Shown here: positions 33,955-38,086 of the stretch, piece by piece
Numbering within the stretch: the stretch's first letter is position 1
Layout: every line of letters starts with the position of its first letter
Source of the DNA: Octopus bimaculoides
Lineage: Eukaryota
Length of the DNA stretch: 38,086 nt
Direction of reading: 5' to 3'
Assembly: GCF_001194135.2 (NCBI RefSeq)
Contig: NC_068991.1
Span: 79,322,813-79,360,898, forward strand
Translations under genes and position numbers: made by a program
The notes under the pieces: generated by a model
What the model saw: only the letters and a program-made list of their open reading frames with translations
Told to the model about the DNA's origin: nothing
The model's database searches: none

Positions 33955-33968
33955 TCACTCTTTCTCTC

Positions 33969-34005
<37 letters not shown>

Positions 34006-34086
34006 NNNNNNNNNNNNNNNNNNNNNNNNNNNNNNNNNNNNNNNNNNNNNNNNNNNNNNNNNNNNNNNNNNNNNNNNNNNNNNNNN

Positions 34087-34130
<44 letters not shown>

Positions 34131-34297
34131 TGATGTCTTTGCGTCTTCGTGTGTCACCCAGAACAGTTTCGCAGGAAGAATAACTACGAATCTAAATTTA
34201 ATATGTACTCGGGTCGACTTATTCGACAAAAATATCTTTCAAGGCAGTGCCCCAGGATGACTGCAGTCTAATGACTGAAACAAGTAAACGATAAAAA
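33783..34297 (+). mobile_element. SINE family B, head (33783-33900) and tail (about 34150-34297), interrupted by the 49-bp repeat, (CT)n, a gap and (TA)n
   Basis: gcgtaggcgcaggtgtagctatgtggtaag ... gttcagtcccactgcgtggcacc, and tactcgggtcgacttattcgac ... gcagtctaatgactgaaacaagtaaa. Confidence 0.82.
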
Positions 34298-34315
34298 AAG
34301 AGATACGCACGCACG

Positions 34316-34357
<42 letters not shown>

Positions 34358-34578
34358 TTTCTATGCCTGTGTGTGCTTAACTACGCACAACATATCTGCC
34401 TAAATGTATATGATAAACTCGCTAAGAAATTAAACATTTATTAGAAGGGCGTATGACCTGTAAGCAAACAGCCTAAATAATAAATAAATGCATAAAATTT
34501 ATTTTGGTTTTGTTCGGATTCAAATTTGTTAACTGATGAAACTGTCATATTTTGCCCGAACTTATAACGAAATCTGTC

Positions 34579-34645
34579 TGCTTATAATGCTTATAATGCA
34601 TATAATGCTTATAATGCTTATAATGCTTATAATGCTTATAATGCA
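34579..34645. repeat. 9-bp minisatellite (TGCTTATAA)x7
   Basis: Seven units, one variant TGCATATAA. Confidence 0.97.
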
Positions 34646-35224
34646 TGTTTTGGTTGTAACGTATGTATCCATGGTATACTCCTTTCTATTTAATGAAAAA
34701 AGGATTTTCCCCTCCTTTTCTCACACACATTCGCATTCACACATCAACATATCTACTAGGGCCATCTACTCGAAAAGTCAGTCAAATCTCCCTAAAACAT
34801 CTTCTTTTTTCTCTTGTCTTTAAAGTAACGAATGTTGCGCGAATGAAACATTGGAGATTGTTGTCTTCCATACGTCGTCTGATATAAAACAAGATGGTCT
34901 GATCAGAACCATAATGTTCTTCTTCATAGGTTTCCTCCATTTTGATCGGCCTTAGAATAAGCAATATGCTATACGTTGTGCATCTTCTACTCGCCTTCCC
35001 ACCATAAATGTGACACGTTAACTAATAGCTATGACAAAGATTGCCTCCCGTGTTACCAAATTTAATTACAATGTATTCCAATCAACTCGTGAAAAAGTCC
35101 CTGGACGATACGTCGCATTATATTAATAAGATGGAGCTTTTGCTTAAGAATCACGTCTAAAATATAACGTAATCTCTAAGTGAAGGATTGACTGAATGGT
35201 TAGAGGGTGGGACTTATAGAATTT

Positions 35225-35355
35225 GTTCCAGATCTTTATGTGCTGAGTTCAAATTCTGCCAAAATTACATTTAACTTGCCTTGTAACGAGATCGATAGAA
35301 TATGGAACCATTCAATCACAGGAGACAAAATAATCGATTACACTCATCTGCCAAA
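35225..35355 (+). mobile_element. SINE family A, highly degenerate
   Basis: gctgagttcaaattctgcc B-box, gatcgatagaatatggaacca core, aataatcgattac. Confidence 0.5.
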
Positions 35356-36219
35356 TTAAAGTTTTCGAGCTCTGCGCTAGGAATTTAATATCTTAGAGGG
35401 ACGTGCTGAAATTGAATCTGGAGTGGTCGAAATGATAGAGTATCAAACAAAATTCAAAACACATTTTTGTTCCAGGAATTAATTGATTGTATCCTCTCAT
35501 AAAAATTGTAACCTAATATAAATTCATCATGCATTAATTTTATAATCGAAGTGAATAATGAGGTAAAATTATTTACTTTCACTTTTAATAAAACATGGAA
35601 AAACATTAGCATAACATCTTGCTTTTCTCTTCGCGCAAAACATTTTTCTTCCAGTTTATTGCGCCCAGTTTCAAAAATAATTTTCTGGGAGGATTGAAAC
35701 AAGTTTTAACGGCTGAGGTGTTGGTATGGAGGTAGGGTTTCGAAGCCTGTTGATGTCAGCCATTTCATTGATACACATATGGAATTGCAGAACGGTATGA
35801 ATATTGAGAGAACAAAAAAAAGAAAAAAAACCCCTCCTTTCTCTTATTAATTTGTTATATGGTCAAATTTTTCTTGAGAAATATAAAGTGAAAGCACATT
35901 GCAATTGATTGGCCCAGCGCTTCCTAAAGAGCTGATGTCCATAAGTTATTCATAATGTTATACATTGTTCAAATTCTAAAGCTTAGAAGAATAATGTTTG
36001 TATTTGTTTTAGTTTTATTTTATTCATTTTCTTCTAATTGGAAGTAGAATTTTTTTTCCTAAGATAAGAAATATGGAATGGTGAGAGAATGAAATATAGA
36101 AGAAGGCCTTCAAGACTGGAAATGAGGTGATCTCGTTATAGTAACGCATCAAAGGCGGAAAATTTCTTACAAAATTTGGCGTCCATAGAATGCAATAAAT
36201 ATATAAGAAGGAGAACAGA

Positions 36220-36600
36220 AGGGGACAATAAGGATGAAAAGAAAAAGGGGGAAGAAGACAAAAAGGGATGAAGAAAAAAGTGGACGAAGAAAGAGAAGGG
36301 AACGAAAAAGAAGAAAAAGCAGAAAAGATCAAAAGGATTAAGAAAAGAAAGAGGTGGAGGAAGAAGTAAAAGAGTCTAAAAACGACGATGGTAGTGACGA
36401 CGATGCTGTTGCTGTTGCTGCTGCTGCTGATGATGATACTGCTGACATGCGGAAAATGATGGTTATGATGATGACAAAATTATGAGTAGAGAGAAGATAA
36501 TGATAGTGATGATGACCAGGAAGATATTAGGATTATATTCATTATGTTGATAGTGTTAATGATAATGATGATGACGACGACGATAAAACTACGAAAACAT
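36220..36600. repeat. GAA/A-rich followed by GAT/GCT low-complexity region
   Basis: Direct reading. Confidence 0.85.
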
Positions 36601-37045
36601 GAAAAGTGATGTTTGTCGGTACACAAATGACAATTGACTTTTGGTGAACAGTGCTTAATTATGAGAAGTAGTGACGTAAAGTTCAACTTGAAATTAATAT
36701 CAATTGAAATTGAAATAGCGTTTTAGTTGTGGCAATATAGGATCGAATTTCGCGATATATTTCAAGTGAATAAGGGGCACAATAAATGAGATAGTCCTAG
36801 ATAGACAATGCTTGTAATAAGGACATTTTGGGCACGACTCCACAGCAAGAATCTGCACAGTAAATATTATTTGTGGGAAAATGACAAAATCAACACAGCA
36901 AGAACAGGGTTTAAAAGGATTCCATGCTAAAGGGAATAACGCCACAAATCATACACACAAATAGACACATACACACAGAAACAACAGATACGTGTATGGA
37001 TCTGTCTGTCTGTCTGTCTATCATATTTCTATATATGTATATACA

Positions 37046-37240
37046 TTCGCCATGATAGATCGCTAACCACTACACACATTTTTTTCTCTGCTTGTTTCTC
37101 TCCTTGTCTCTTTCTGTGTTCCTTTCTGTGGAAGAGCGTTGGCTGGAAACGTTAAAGACTTTTTCAATTCCCAGGCGTTATACTAATACATCTGTTTGTT
37201 TTCTACACCACCAGTCTTCGTCTTTTGTGAATTCTCCTCA
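37046..37240 (+). mobile_element. Penelope-like terminal repeat, copy 3
   Basis: cgccatgatagatcgcta ... ctgtggaagagcgttggctggaaacgttaaagac ... actaatacatctgtttgtt ... gtgaattctcc, then (TA)n; the reverse complement of 17510-17705. Confidence 0.88.
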
Positions 37241-37510
37241 TATATATNNNNNNNNNNNNNNNNNNNNNNNNNNNNNNNNNNNNNNNNNNNNNNNNNNNNN
37301 NNNNNNNNNNNNNNNNNNNNNNNNNNNNNNNNNNNNNNNNNNNNNNNNNNNNNNNNNNNNNNNNNNNNNNNNNNNNNNNNNNNNNNNNNNNNNNNNNNNN
37401 NNNNNNNNNNNNNNAGATAGATAGATAAATAGAAAGATAGATAGATATAAATACTTCTAGTTTCACCCCATCTTCCATATAAATTTTTAAATTTGTAATT
37501 ATATATATAA

Positions 37511-37556
<46 letters not shown>

Positions 37557-37615
37557 GTGTGTGTGTGTGTGTGTGTGTTTGCGTGTGTGTGTGTGTGTGT
37601 ATGTACATGCATTCA

Positions 37616-37835
37616 CACGATTGGGTGCTGAAAAGTTCCTGGCTTTCGGTAAATAGAATACCGGAGGATCAGTTAATTATGATGTCATTCAACGTATTAC
37701 CCTCTCAAATTATGAAACTTATTGCAGTGGTCCTTCAGGTTTTCTAAGCCCTGTAAAAGAACTTGGCACGTCGGGACTCCAACCAGGTCTTTGACCATAC
37801 CCTTAAAGCCAAGAACTCTTCAGCAACACCTTGTA
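37616..37835. mobile_element. Mariner-type MITE, about 220 bp
   Basis: 31-bp TIRs cacgattgggtgctgaaaagttcctggcttt (37616-37646) and aaagccaagaactcttcagcaacaccttgta (37805-37835) match at 23/31. TACGAGG-like terminus, no coding capacity. Confidence 0.75.
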
Positions 37836-38086
37836 GGAAATATGAGAGTGACCGCCCCACCTTTCATCTATGTACACATACAAGTACACACATGAATGCA
37901 TGTGAGTATATATATATATCTTTTAATGTTATATACATAGATCGCTAGATAGAAGCACATACATTCGTCTATACTAGTATATGTGTGCATGTGTGAATAT
38001 ATACCTGCAATATAACTCAACAAATATATATAGATGGATACGAAGAGATAGAAACAAAATGGCATATATATATATATATATATATA

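Noticed and set aside
34825-34929. Possible exon NECCANETLEIVVFHTSSDIKQDGLIRTIMFFFI
   Set aside because: The acceptor is plausible but the donor (GTTTCC) is weak and the peptide is not recognisable.

Overview
AT-rich eukaryotic DNA with nine assembly gaps, saturated with microsatellites and retroelement remnants. I found no host gene I can confidently identify, and most of the supplied ORFs are artefacts of simple repeats or N runs. The repeat families look like those of octopus/coleoid cephalopod genomes (recognised from memory, not verified). Supported content: (1) about 20 copies of a tRNA-headed SINE ('family A'), ten of them in a same-strand array at 29.6-32.1 kb; (2) five copies of a second SINE ('family B') with an internal microsatellite; (3) a Penelope-like element fragment with a GIY-YIG endonuclease C-terminus, whose terminal repeat occurs three times; (4) a 3' fragment of an L1/Tx1-like LINE; (5) a 5' remnant of a CR1-like LINE; (6) a mariner-type MITE; (7) two fold-back structures. 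The most interesting observations are a complete minimal type-I hammerhead ribozyme motif at 8416-8465, a non-canonical hammerhead-like motif in all three Penelope terminal repeats, a shared 3' end between a TSD-flanked SINE and the L1/Tx1 fragment (candidate SINE-LINE partner pair), and the polarised SINE array. All alignments were done by eye, so boundaries of degenerate copies are approximate.
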